DNA of 64,000 nt from Felis catus (lineage: Eukaryota), in assembly GCF_018350175.1 (NCBI RefSeq), contig NC_058368.1:196666001-196730000 (forward strand). Reading direction: 5' to 3'. The stretch's first letter is position 1; each line of letters begins with the position of its first letter. Under the pieces are notes generated by a model. The model saw only the letters and a program-made list of their open reading frames with translations. It ran no database searches and was not told the origin of the DNA. Below, one piece after another: positions 1-12,121 of this stretch. Made by a program: the position numbers and the translations under genes.

Positions 1-402
1 AGCCTGAGTTCTTCAACTGTAAACAGGGAGAACTGACCGTACTGCCATCTTGGCCATTTGTGAGGATCAAATCAGAAAATGCTCGGCTCAAGACCTGCTC
101 AATAATTACTTGCTATGGTTTTCTATCGAACCTCTTTGAGCCTCAGCTTCCTCATCTATGAAATGGGGGTAAGAAGCAGATGCGCCCTCCAAGAGCATCT
201 GCGAAGCTAAACAGGGTAATAGAAGGGGGTATGACTTGCAAACTTTAAAGTGCAACAAATCGCAGTGTCATCATCCATTGGTAACACACTGACAGTTCCC
301 CCACCTGAACTGTTGAGAGTGACCGAAAGGTACTGTGGGGTTTGTGTTGTGACACCAGCTCAGAGCTGGGGTCGGAAGCACAGGTTTAAGAAATGTGAGC
401 CT

Positions 403-629
403 GGGGGGGGGTGGTGCCTGGGTGGCTCAGCTGGTGGAACGTCCGACTTCAGCTCAGGTCATGATCTCATGGTTTGTGAGTTTGAGCCCCGCATTGGGCT
501 CTATGCTGACAGCTCAGAGCCTGGGGCCTGCTTTGGATTCTGTCTCCTTCTCTCTCTGCCCCTCCCCACATGTGCTCTGTTTCTCTGTCTCTCAAAAATA
601 AACAGATGTTAAAAAAAAATTTTTTTTTT
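403..629 (+). mobile_element. Feline CAN-SINE (SINEC_Fc-like)
   Basis: tRNA-derived head GCCTGGGTGGCTCAG, CT-rich region, A-tail; TSD aaatgtgagcc at 391-401 and 630-640. Confidence 0.93.
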
Positions 630-2260
630 AAATGTGAGCCCGGAGAAGGCTGATGACTCCTTTACCAGGCTTGCCAGGCACCAAGCTCTGCCAGCTGAGC
701 AAAAACCGAGTCAACCAATTAATTTTCTCCAGTGAGCACAAAAAGCCAGCCCTGAACTTGGCCCAAAAGCAAGAAGAGGAAAAGGCAAATCCATGGGAGT
801 TTCTAGAGAGGCTCGCAGCTCTTTGCAGGCAAGTTCATGAATACAGGCCCTGCCCTGACACCCCTGAGCCGGTCAGGAGGGAAAGGAGGCCAGGAAGCCC
901 CAGCTCCAGCCTCGGAGGATGTGCTTCAAAAACAAGAGAACCTTTCGTAGCTTCTGAGCTACTCAATGTTGCAGAGGAAGCTGCCTAATGTGGACGCCTA
1001 GTCACTTAAGTCCCCGTGACCCTTGGGAGAAGGAGAATGGAGCCAGAGAGAGGTCTGACCAATCACCCTGGCTTATTACAGAGAAGGGCTTTTAGAGAAA
1101 TCGCTAGGGAAACTCATTTTGATTAACAGGTAGTTCAGGGCTTCTTAACATTAGTGTCAGGGGAGTCTACAACCCCCCTCAAACTGAATGCCCAGTTACA
1201 GGTCTACATACATTTTAAAGGGAAGAAAAGTGTTTGCTTTAATCAGATTTTCAGGCGGTTAAGAGCTACTGGCGTAGATACATAACTACAAAGCAGAGTT
1301 TTTCTACGAGAAGATACTTTTCTATTACCTGAATTCTAGTTCTCAGAGTATGGCACTCTGGTGACATCATCACCCGGGAGCTAGTTAGAACTGCGGATAC
1401 CCCCCCCCCCCCGCCCCCATGTACAGATTGAGACACCGGGCGGGTGGGGTCCACGCAGCTGCAAGGTAACAAGCCCTCCAGGTGGCTGCTGCATGGCTCT
1501 AGACCCAAGTGCACCATCTAGTGGTCACTCGGGTGCATGGCAGGCAGAGGATTTGGGACATGCCCTGACCCCGCTTAGGCCTCCCCAGGTCAGGTCAGGT
1601 CCTGCTGTGATCAGGGAGAGAAGCAACCTGCCTCCACCAAAATGCGCCAAACTTCCATTCTTTCCGCCCAGCTCCCCACTGACTTTTGGACCAGCTCCTT
1701 CTTTCAGACCAGTTCACTGAGCCAAGACGGTCTGAGCAAACAGGCTCATGATGCATCATCCCCGTGCGAAGGTAGAGCGGCTCCCGGGGGATCAGCTGAC
1801 TGGCTGGAAGTCCTGGCACAGCTCAGCAGGACCAAGAGATGGGAATAACCTTACTGCTGCTTTAAATCCGGGTCTTATTTTTAGAACGAAGATTAGAGTT
1901 CTGCTAATCTGCCTTTGACATGCAAAGGTCACATAGACATTAAATTGGGTCCAAAGCAGGAAATGGATGAATAAGGGACAAGTTCATTTAGACATAAAGC
2001 CACAAGCAGCCAGGAAGTGGGTATTCTTCCTCTCCTGGGGCCAAGAGATTTGGGTCACTCTTGACTGCCACACGGCAGGCTTTGCCTGCCTCCAGGACTT
2101 GCCCCACAACTCTCCCAGGGAGACCACCTCCGGGGCCTCTGACCAGGACACAGGCCACACGGAGACTCAGCCCCAGTTTCAGGGCTCCTCCCTCCCTTGG
2201 CACCCTGGGAACTGGGGTTGTCGGCTGCCCGCTGTCCCTCTTGAGGCCACCCATCCATAC

Positions 2261-3065
2261 CTGAAGGTCCTTCGGACGGCTGGTGACCGGGAGCGGCAGG
2301 AGGAAGAACAGGAACTAGAACGGCTGCGGGAACAAACCTGCCGGCCGGCCTTGCTGGGGGGGCTCTGGTAGGGGCAGTGGTCAGAGCAAGGGGGGCTGAC
2401 CCCCGAGTCCTCTTCTTCATCGTCCTCCTCCTCCTCCTCCTCCTCCTCCTCCTCAAGGAGGAAGCTGCTCTCACCACTGCTGCTGCTGCTGTCCTCAAAG
2501 ACAGTGTCGTATTCAGGACTCTTACAGGAGGCCAGGTCTTCGTCCTCCAGGGCGCTCTCCAGGAGCCCAAAGTGCTTGGTGAGGCTGGCGCGGATCTCGT
2601 GGTCTCGCAGTAGCACACTGTCCTTGGCGGGGGCGCTGGCATCACGGCTTCTGTCTTCCTCCCTGTTGGAGGCCTGCACCTCGGCCTGGAGGGCCCCTTG
2701 CTGAGGCCAGTCCTCAAGGTGGACCCCAGACGGCTCCCAGGACCTCAGCACCTTCCTCTGCAGGGCGCCTTCTGGCTTCAGCACCTGGCAGTAATCGTGG
2801 TCTCCGAAGGAACAGGAGAAGGGGCGCTTCTGACCAGTCTGGGAGGCTGGCTGGGCTGTGGCATGTCGCAGGTGGGACAGGAGCTCGCTCCGCTCTGGGT
2901 GCTTCTTTGGCAGCTTGTGGGCAGCCCCCGCGGCGGCCTCGAGCTGGAGGCCCTCCAAGCTGGGAAGGCTGGGAGCTCTGTCTTTGCCTGGGCTGTGTTT
3001 GATGTCTGGCTTGAAGGGGTCCTCCTCTGTGGGCTTGTACGGAGGTGTGGTGGGCGGGGTGAGTC
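2261..3065 (-). CDS. PPARGC1B: PGC-1beta exon 8 (805 nt; [12 protein letters not shown] at 2791-2802, second acidic tract, Ser-rich end)
   Basis: Acceptor ttggctag|GA, donor TTCAG|gtatgg; encodes [20 protein letters not shown]...FGDHDYCQV...SPAVRRTF(R); overlaps ORF 2179..2958. Confidence 0.96.
2425..2454 (-). repeat. Pure coding (GAG)10 trinucleotide repeat (poly-Glu)
   Basis: (ctc)10 on the plus strand inside exon 8. Confidence 0.95.
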
Positions 3066-4223
3066 CTAGCCAAGCAAGAGGAGAACCGTGTGAGGTGGGA
3101 ACGGGTCACTCCTCCAAGGGACAGAGGGTCCGGTTTGGGATGGCAGATAAGCAGTGTGCGTACCACCACATTCCCAACCCAATGAATGGCAGGCATCACT
3201 AATCGAACACCGCACTGGTGGCTGAGCCTGAACGTGGCCTGGGACTCACGCAGCCCACGGTTAGTTCTTGAGCTGGCATGTGATAAAATCCACTTGCCAT
3301 CCCTCTGTAGCCCAGCAATGGTAGCCAAAGCCTCCCGGTCATTCGAGATATCTCCTCCTGCTCTCCATCCAATCATTTGACCAGCTCTCCCTACTGTTTT
3401 GATGTCTCCCCAGGGAGCTTAAAGGCAGGCACCGCAGGTCAAACCTCCCACCTGGATTGGATCCCCATGGTGCCATTAGTGCTCCTGCATCTAACCTTGG
3501 CCTCCATCCTCCCCAGTGCAGAGGGAACTTGCTAAATGCCCGAGATCTCTTCCCGTCTGGGGCTCCTGAAGCCTGCAGGATCAAGCTCAAACTCTCAGCC
3601 TGGCATCCCTCTCGGCCTTCTGTGATTGCTCCTTCCGGCCCCTCCTCCACTTCCGCGATGTGGTGATGCCAGGCGCTCCTCTCCTCAGGAGCACCTAAGG
3701 CTTTCACCCTGGGTGCCTTTTGCTCCTGCAGATTCTGCTGCCAGGGATCTACTTCTCGCTGCCTCCTCTCTCCAGCCTCTGCCTATCCTGCGAGCCCGGC
3801 TCACAAGCCCCCTGCTCTGGATGCCTTGCAGATCTTCCCAGGCCACACTCCCGCCCTGCCCCACCTCGCCCCTTCCTCCATGCTCCGGCGCTCCCGTACA
3901 TACTCTGAACCAACGCGTCTGCAACAGCACCCGTCATGGTGGGAGCCTGTCTCCCACATAACACTGCGGGCTCCTTCGGGGGAAGACGTGTGTCTCTCCC
4001 TTAGCTCATGTGCGGCTTGCTGCAGCTGACCGGCTGACTCTCCCCCTTATAGCACCCTCATTAGGTATCCCAAGACCCTGTGCAGCCCGAGCAGCGGTGG
4101 CAGGGAGGGCTCGGTGGGGCACCCCCCACAACTGCCCAAGGGGCTGTTCAGGGTGGGAGGCTCGTTGCCGGAAGTCATACCAGCTCCCCCGAGGGCACCC
4201 TACCAGCTGAGCCCCTGGCTCAC

Positions 4224-4288
4224 CTGCCGTGCCACAGAGCTCCACCGTCAAGGTCTGCTCAAAGCTCTTCTTGCCAAAAGGAGGGTCA
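4224..4288 (-). CDS. PPARGC1B: PGC-1beta exon 7 (65 nt)
   Basis: Acceptor cccaccag|T, donor CAG|gtgagc; encodes DPPFGKKSFEQTLTVELCGTA(G). Confidence 0.95.
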
Positions 4289-4883
4289 CTGGTGGGGGCG
4301 GGGAGGACAGAAAGGAAAGAGGCCAGTCAGCAGAAGGCTCCACTTCTCCCAGCACGCAAGGAGGGCAAGGGGACACCATGACAGAGCCCGGCCCTACTGC
4401 CCACAGAGGTAGGTGCTGGGGAGTTTTCTGGGAGACCCCCATCCTGGCTTAGAGGGGTTCAAAGCAGCCTATCGCTCTTGGAGGACACACAGGGGTAATC
4501 TGCTGGAGGGTGGGGACAGGACAAGCATCAGCACCCTCCTTATTTACAGACCTGAGACCCCGAGTGAGGAGGAGACTTGCCCAAGGCCACGGAGCATTAT
4601 CACCTTTCCCCCGTGAAGGAAGTAATTCCTTCCCTGGTTCTGAAGAGGACAGCTTATGAAATGGCCTGAACCGAACCCTTAATTCCTTACGTTCCTGGGC
4701 CTGCAGAGACCTCCCTTCTAAGGGAGCCCGGCTACCAAGGGCTCCACACAGCAATGAGGGCAGGGGAATGGGGGGCAGGGGCAGGCTCACAGGCTGATGA
4801 ACCACCCAACCGCCACCGCCATACACACACCCAACAGGACACAGACTCACGGAATAATCAACCACTGATTTCCAAAAATCTAC

Positions 4884-4920
4884 CTTTGTGACAAGGCCAG
4901 CATGAGGCACCTGGGAGAGT
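4884..4920 (-). CDS. PPARGC1B: PGC-1beta exon 6 (37 nt)
   Basis: Long polypyrimidine tract then ttttcag|AC, donor AAG|gtagat; encodes (D)SPRCLMLALSQ(S). Confidence 0.93.
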
Positions 4921-5478
4921 CTGAAAAGAAGACGAAAAAGAAGAAAATAAGATTCCCCAACACGTCATCACTACCAGATGTTTCCCTCTGGAGGAGACCC
5001 CGAACTTCCACTGGTACCAGGCAGAGCTCCCTTCAAGCATGTGACCCAAAATCCTCTGTCATTTTTAGGGAAGGGCAGGAGCAACTCAAAGTCACCGTCA
5101 TTCGCAGGGTCTCAGCAACATTAACACCTGGCCGACTACTCAAGGTTTGGGAAAGAGCAGGTAGGTACGAGAGCGACCCCTTCTGGCCACACAGTATAGT
5201 ACAGCAGGGTGGGGAGCCCCAGGGAAGGCCAGGGGCTCAGGGCTGGTCCACAGATGGATGTAGGACTCGAGGGCTGAATGGACGGCTCAATCTCTGTGCC
5301 TCAGTTTCTGTGTGTGCAATGGAGATTATGACAGTACCTGCCACACAGGCCCCCTGTGAGGAGTCACTGGGGATCAGCCGTGTCAAGTCTTAGACCAGTG
5401 CCTGGCACAGCAAATACACAATAGATACCTGTTATTACCAGCTCTACCATTGTTACCATTTAAAATTCAACGTCATTA

Positions 5479-5701
5479 GGGGCGCCTGGGTGGCTCAGCC
5501 GGTTGAGCGTCCGACTTCGGCTGAGGTCATGATCTCACGGTTTGTGGGTTCGAGCCCCGCGTTGGGCTCTGCACTGACAGCACAAAGCCTGGAGCCTGCT
5601 TCGGATTCTGTGTGTCCCTCTCTCTCTGCCCTCCCCCCCCCCCGACTCTGTCTCTCTCTCTCTCTCTCAAAAATAAATAAATACGCTTAAAAAAAATAAA
5701 A
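5479..5701 (+). mobile_element. Feline CAN-SINE
   Basis: GGGGCGCCTGGGTGGCTCAG head, (CT)n, AATAAA tail; TSD taaaattcaacgtcatta at 5461-5478 and 5702-5719. Confidence 0.95.
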
Positions 5702-6104
5702 TAAAATTCAACGTCATTATGGAGCTAGATTTATAGACTCACTCCTTTCGCCACACCATCACCCAGGACGTCTTCTTTAGAGCACTTAGCACCATTTGTA
5801 ATTATCTTCCTTTTTTATTTACTTTGTGATTGCCTGTCTGCCCCACTGAAACAAAAGCCCCATGAGGGCAGGCATCTCGCTCCGTGTTCATTAAGTGGTG
5901 CCTGGCCCATGCGTGATGAAAAAACTCAGAGATGTGTGGGTGATTTCTGAAGATCCGCCCAACTAGCCCATTGCACAGAAAGGGAAGTCGACAGCCGGAG
6001 AGGGGAAGGGACTTGCCCAACACAGGGCTCCTGGCTCCCAGCGCAGTGGGGTATGCCACACCCCATCCCTGCCCCCTCTCTTACAGACCACCGACTCCGA
6101 CTAC

Positions 6105-7260
6105 CTCTGGAAGGGAGCCGTGGGCAGCTGGGGTCCTCATCCGTGTCCCCACACCCACTCTCACAGGGGCTCTCCAGAGCCGGGATCTGGGGTCCCCGTG
6201 GGAGCTGCTGGTCTTGACCACTGTCCTCATCCGTGGGGCTGCCCAGCGCCCCCTCCATGTCGTAGGCCTCGGGAGCCAGGTGCAGTGAGGACAGAGCTCC
6301 TTGGGGCTCTGCAGGGACCAGAGACTCATCGGAGAATGTCAGCCAGGGGCCCAGCTCCGGGTTCAGTCTCCTGGAACGCCGCACGGGGCACACGGAACTC
6401 TCCGGCTTCCTCCCCAGCTTGGTCCACGGCAGGCCTCTGCCCGGCCTTTTCCGGCCCCATTCCTCCTCCTCCTCTTCCTCCTCTTTTTCTTCCTCCTCCT
6501 CCTCGTCCTCGTCCTCTTCCTCGTCCTCTTCCTCCTGCTGCTGCTGCAGCCTGGCCGACCGGCCGGCGCGTCCTTTCACCTCCAGCCGCAGCGGGCGCAG
6601 GCTGGGTCTGGGCCCCGTGCTCCTGGGAGAAGCTGTGATCCTCACCTCCTCCACGGGGGATGGGTGGCCAGGGGACGCCTGGCTGTCTCTGGGGGGCCTG
6701 GGCCTTGGCCGGGGCGTGAGGGAGGCATAGACAGGCGTGGCCAGGCGGTAGGGTTTGCTGACGTCACAGAGGACATCTTGAGCCAGAAGTTCCCTCAGGA
6801 TGGAGAACTCAGCCCAGGAGGCTTTGGAAGGGTGCTGGGACCGAGGCTGGGGCTTGACCTGCTTGGAGGGGCTGCTGCAGGGCTGGGGGGCTGGCTCTGG
6901 GGCCTGTGGGGGCAGCTTCCTCTGGGGGAGGCAGTAGGTGTGCATGTAGCGAATGAGCTGCACCACGGCGTGCATGTCTTCCCGGGAAACCTGGGTGCCG
7001 GGACGCGCCCTGCCCGGTGCCGGGGAGTCCTGGGGCAAGGCTGGAGCCGGCTGGGGGCTCGGGCAGTCCTCACCGGGTTCCTCCTCCTCCTTGGCTGGGA
7101 GCTGGGGGCTCAGAGCGGGTGGCGGCTGCAAGCCCCTGTCTGGGGAGCGGGCTTTAGTCTGGGGGCAGGACGGCACCGAAGTGAGGTGCCTATGCAGTTC
7201 CGTACAACTCCGGCTCTGAGACTGCACCGTGGGGACCTTCTTGTCTTGGGTGCCGTCCAT
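6105..7260 (-). CDS. PPARGC1B: PGC-1beta exon 5 (1156 nt; LRELL box at 6784-6798, Glu-rich tract)
   Basis: Acceptor gtctctag|ATG, donor AGAG|gtagtc; matches ORF 5926..7260 from MDGTQDKK to CPRLPSR, ends in phase 1. Confidence 0.96.
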
Positions 7261-7509
7261 CTAGAGACAGAGAGAGGCCAGAGTGAAGAGGGAGGCCCGC
7301 ACTGCCCCCCTCCACTCTGCCCCCCTCCTGCAGCCACTGGCCAGGCCCCGCGTGGCACCTGGCAATGCTCAGGTGATAAGGAACAAAGGAGCGACCAGCT
7401 TCCTAACAGGCCTCCCATCCATAGATTTCGCCCTCGTGGGTTCACTGACAAAGCCCTCCTCTGACCACCCGCTCCCCTGAGCTATACCCTTCGGTAATGG
7501 CACCTGGGC

Positions 7510-7892
7510 CTGAGAACAGGGATTCACTGTAAATGAGGGTGCCGGAGATCTCTCTGGGATAATGGGAATGTTCTAAAACTGAGCTGTGGTCACGGATGGG
7601 GCGCCTGGGCGGCTCCGTCGGTTAAGTGTCCGACTCTTGGTTTCAGCTCAGGTCTTGATCTCATGGTTTATGAGTTCGAGCCCCACATCGGACTCTGTGC
7701 TGACAGCGTGGAGCCTGCTTGACATTCTCTCTCTCCCTCTCTCAAAAAAATCAATCAATCCACCAACTTTGAACTGTGGTCATGGCTGCGTAACTCTGCA
7801 GATTTACTGAAAATCATCAAATTATACTTTAAAAATAGGTACCTCTTATGATATTTAAGTGACACCTCCATAAAGCCGTTAAAAAAAAAAAA
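7510..7892 (+). mobile_element. Old L1M 3' end interrupted by an older CAN-SINE (7598-7760)
   Basis: gggaatgttctaaaactg...gatttactgaaatcatcaaattatac...cataaagccgtt plus an A-tail resembles L1MB/MC/ME 3' ends; diverged TSD ctgtggtcaygg flanks the SINE. Confidence 0.75.
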
Positions 7893-8469
7893 TCCTGATT
7901 CTGCCCGAGGGCATGGGATTGTGTTCAAGAGCCCCCTGCAGGAGTGTCCAGGGACCAGAGGGGAAGGAACGGAGTGTAGGCTTTGAGCAACAGGAATGCT
8001 AGGAGATCACCTATGAAATCGCTCTTTGAAAGTCTTGGAAGATGGAATCCAAGGAGGAAGAGGGATCTGCTTCACTCCTTGGTGTTTGCGACAGAGCTTT
8101 TGACTCTCAAAGGGCTTCCCCCAGAAGAAACGCAAACACCTTCTTGTGGTCTCACAACCTGCAAGGATCTCATGTTTCTGTGTATCACCCGTTAGAATCA
8201 GCCTGCTGAAAGCAGGCCACACCTTCCCTGTCCCCGCTCTAACCCAATGTCTAACACGGCGCCTGAAACATTGAGGTGTATGAGAAAGTCCGGGGCTTTT
8301 TCTAGAACCCCGAACTGGAAAGTGCCCAGCACACCAGCTACAAGGGCTGTGTGAGGCACAAGGAGGAAAACCCCAAGTCGACTGAACTTGACACCCCCTG
8401 ATATAGAGCTGAAGGTTATACCCCTCAAAGCCCACCTGGGGGCCTCGGGAGATTTGGGGGCAGAAATAC

Positions 8470-8586
8470 CTTAACACAAGGCCGCTGACTCTTGGACCTG
8501 AGGCCTGCCTGGCGCCAGGTGGCCCCTTCCTTCTGGGTATCGGAGCTTGAGGACGGGTGGGACGTGGCGAGGAGGAGTTTCTGCAG
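8470..8586 (-). CDS. PPARGC1B: PGC-1beta exon 4 (117 nt, carries the LQKLL nuclear-receptor box)
   Basis: Acceptor tatcctgcag|CTG, donor AAG|gtattt; encodes [39 protein letters not shown]. Confidence 0.96.
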
Positions 8587-11500
8587 CTGCAGGATAAAGC
8601 AGAGACAGGAGCGGAGCTGGGGGTGAGCTCTGCGGGGGGACACGGAGAAGCATATCTTGGGGAGAAGCCTGAGCCCAGAGCTAGCTTCTTGGGACTGAGC
8701 GCGCCCTGAGCCTGGGTCATCACAGGACCACGGGAAGAGGGTATTTAATGACCGAGAATATGTTCCCAATGTACCAAGCACAGAGAGCAGACTGTCCAAC
8801 AACAAAGACCCACACAAGTATCCCAACGAGACGTAAATCCTTCTCAGAGTTACTAACCCAAGAGGAAGATCTGTGACTTTGAGAAATCCAAACAGATCTT
8901 GGGTAATAATGTCTTCCCATTCTACTGTTAAAAATATGACGTGTATACTTCATTGGGACGCTCCACGTACACCCGTAGCACTCACACGCATGCACGCGCA
9001 CAATCTGGAAAGTCAGGCGCCACAGTGATTCTTTGGTTCGGGATTCCAGCTGATTTCCCTTTCGTTCTCTTTGCTTCCCCATACTGCTTTGGTAAAAATT
9101 AATTTCTTAAATTAAAAAATTATACTTGTGATTGGTGAAAAAAATATATATACCACAAATTCTATGGGGTAGACAACTGGAAACAGGAAGACCTCCTGCC
9201 CGAGGTTCTCCTTCTTCCTTCCCAGAGGCAATTACTATTAACCACCTTCTTGTGACCCCATCACGAGGCGGAATTCAATCACACAAGAATATACGTACGT
9301 GCCACCTCCCAACACACCTGCTTGGTTTTTTCACAAGTGGACGCATGCTGGACTTAAGCTGGTCTGGCTTCTCTAATTTTTCTGTAAAAATTGCTGAGAC
9401 TCTTACACTTCTGCACCCAGAAGGCAGGTGCACAGTGTATCCCAGCAGGAGAGCAGGGAGCTCAGCACACCTGCGAGTTCCAGCAGGGATCCTATCGCAG
9501 CGAGACTGAGAACAAGTCGGGAAGCATGATGGGTTTTCACTATGGCACTAAGTGTCTCCTTGAGGGATATGGCTGCCCGCAGCCCCCACCCCGTCCAGGT
9601 CACCCCAGCAAGGAGTGCCAAAGGCTCAGGCACCAGAGAAAAGGCCATTCCACACTCCACCAGGAGCTGGAGGGTTCCCACCACTCTACCTAGACCCCAA
9701 ACCACGCAGGTCTGTGATTCTCTGACATGGACAGGAAAAGATTCTTGGGCTGGTGGGAAGGGGCCTGGTTCTGGCCCAGCTCAGCCCCGCTCACTATGAG
9801 ACTTCAGTGAGTGAGTCCTTTCCCTCCCTAAGCCTTGGTTTCTCCATTGGCATAATGGGGGAAAACTACACTAAATGACTGGTTATTAACCTTTTTTGAC
9901 TCAGGAGGCCCTCTAAGAATACAACCGAAGCTGCTGACTTCAGAAAACTGCAGGGACATGTAGAGGTTCATGGGTCCCGGTCAGTCCATTGGTGGACTCT
10001 TTGGGATCCATGGCTCCAGGTTAAGAACCGGGCACCTAGCTAACTTCTCAGGGCCTTTCTGAACTCTGTCGGTATGCTGGGAGTCTAGATGGTGAGTCTG
10101 TTTCCTGTGTGCCTAGCACAGTGCCTGCAACAGAGGTGCTCAGTAAACCTGTGTGGAATGAAGGCAGTCTGAGGTGTGGGAGGGGAAACTACCTGTGGCC
10201 AGCAGGGGCCACTCTCTGCCTCCCTGGGGTTGGTTTGATCCCTCTCCAGAGCCCTCTGCACTGAGACTTCCTCTCGTGAGTACTAACGGGTCAAGCCAGT
10301 TAGTATTTATTGAGCAACTTCTAAGTACCAGGCACTGTTCTAAGTGCTTTACATGCATTATCTGCAGTACTCCTATCAGCCTTTGAGATAAGCACTATTA
10401 TTTGACCCCACCTATGGACCAGGAAGCTGAGTCAGAGAGATTAGGTGTCTAAAGGACAGGAAAGCATTAACTAACCGGTGGGGCTGGGATTCAAACCCAG
10501 TCTGATTTCAGTCTGACAGGAAGCAGGACCCCCATCAGCAGAAGCCACAACGTGGAACTGAACATAGTCTTGTGCCCAGCATACAGCAGGTGCTTACTAA
10601 ATGTTTCACACTGCTTTGGGGGAACTTGAAGACAGTGGGAAAGGAGGAAAGGGGTCCTGGACCAGGGGTCTGAATACCAACTTGCTGTGTGACCATGGGA
10701 GAGTCCCCTCCCTGCTCTGGGCCTCAGTTTCCCCATAGTTGTACTTGACAGTCACTACAGGCCTTTCTACTCAAACTCTCGACGACCTAAGACCCTCCCC
10801 AGCTCAACAGGCTCTGATTTTCCAGCTGAATCTTGTCAGGCCCAGGAACCTCAGCGCCAAGGTGAGGAGCCCCAGATAGGTGAGCATAGCTGGGCTTCAC
10901 ACACCCCATGAAATCTCAGCCCGAGTTAGGGACACCTGCTTTCAGTAACTTGTGAGGTCTGGACTCCTTCGAGAAGGTGATAAAAGCTGAGACCTTCTCC
11001 CCGGAAAACTGCAATTTCATGTGCACATTCCCACATTCCACGTATACTCACACAGACGGCATTTAACTATTTAACTTTTGCTGGCGGGGGGGGGCGTCAA
11101 CCGGTCCAAACTGTATGGAGGGCCATCTGGAAATATCTGTCTAAACTGAAAAATCAGGTAGCTGTAGACCCAGAGATTCCATTTCTAGAAATTCACCCAC
11201 TTGGACGTGGCAAAGGCCTGTCCGGGGCACTGACGGAAGCAGTATTAACAGTAAGAGCTGGAACTATGTCAGTTTCCACCAACTTGGGGACGAGTAAAGT
11301 CAGCAGTGGCACATCCTCACAAAAGAACATTAGGTAGCTAACAAAAAGTATGGAGCAGAGCCACCTGTGCTCATCTGAGTTTTCAAGACACCCAGTTCCC
11401 TGAGAAAAGGTGCAGAGCAGCATATAACGTAGGCTCCCTTTTGTAGTAGAAAAAAAAAAAAAAAAGGTGGAAGAGGAAAGTCACCAAACGGATAGGTAAC

Positions 11501-11899
11501 CATGGTTACCTCCAGGAAAGGAGAACGCAGTTGTGAGATGGGTAAGGAGGTTTTGCTTTTAACTCTCCACATCTCCTACTTGAATTTTTACTGTGTATGC
11601 AGGTATAACCTTAAGGAAAACGTTTTCACACGTAATTTCAAGAGCTGACTAATCACGGAGGCCAATCCATAAAATGCCAAAGGACCTACGGGGTGCAAGT
11701 GGAGCCTCCATGGTTAGGCCAGCCGTACAGGTGGGAAAGGTGAGGCCCCGTCTAGGCTGCCCGCTGTGCACCCCTGTTGTCCGTGATGCACGGACACCCC
11801 TGCCGGATCGGGAGCTGGTTCCCCTGCACCCACCACCCCTGCAACCACACGCCATATCCCAGGCCACGGCCATCACTTCAGTTAGAAGCAGGTTCTCAC

Positions 11900-12121
11900 C
11901 AGTGAGAGCTCGTCCACCTCAGGCGCTGGGGCCTGGGGCCTCTCCAGGGAGGGGCTGGGACTGGGGGGTGCAGATGAGGGGGCAGGCGAAGCCGAAGTAC
12001 AGGATGGTGCGTCTCCACCGTCCAGGGCCGGGAAGGCGGCCAGACCCACGTCGTCTTCGGGGATGTCGTCCAGGGTCTTGGTGAGCGCTGCCAGGAGAGC
12101 TTCATTCTCGCTGTCGATTAT
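11900..12121 (-). CDS. PPARGC1B: PGC-1beta exon 3 (222 nt)
   Basis: Acceptor cacttcag|ATA, donor CTG|gtgaga; encodes [74 protein letters not shown]. This frame is absent from the ORF track and was translated manually. Confidence 0.95.

Noticed and set aside
1..2260. Exon 9 and RRM-encoding exons
   Set aside because: No matching coding sequence seen; they should lie before position 1.
4905..4920. Alternative acceptor ctctcccag|GTG 10 nt inside exon 6
   Set aside because: It would shift the frame; the upstream AG restores the DSPRC peptide.
6301..7464. 387-aa plus-strand ORF and other ORFs antisense to exons 5 and 8
   Set aside because: Shadow frames of GC-rich coding exons; the poly-Leu and poly-Ser runs are the complement of the Glu tracts, and there is no independent gene structure.
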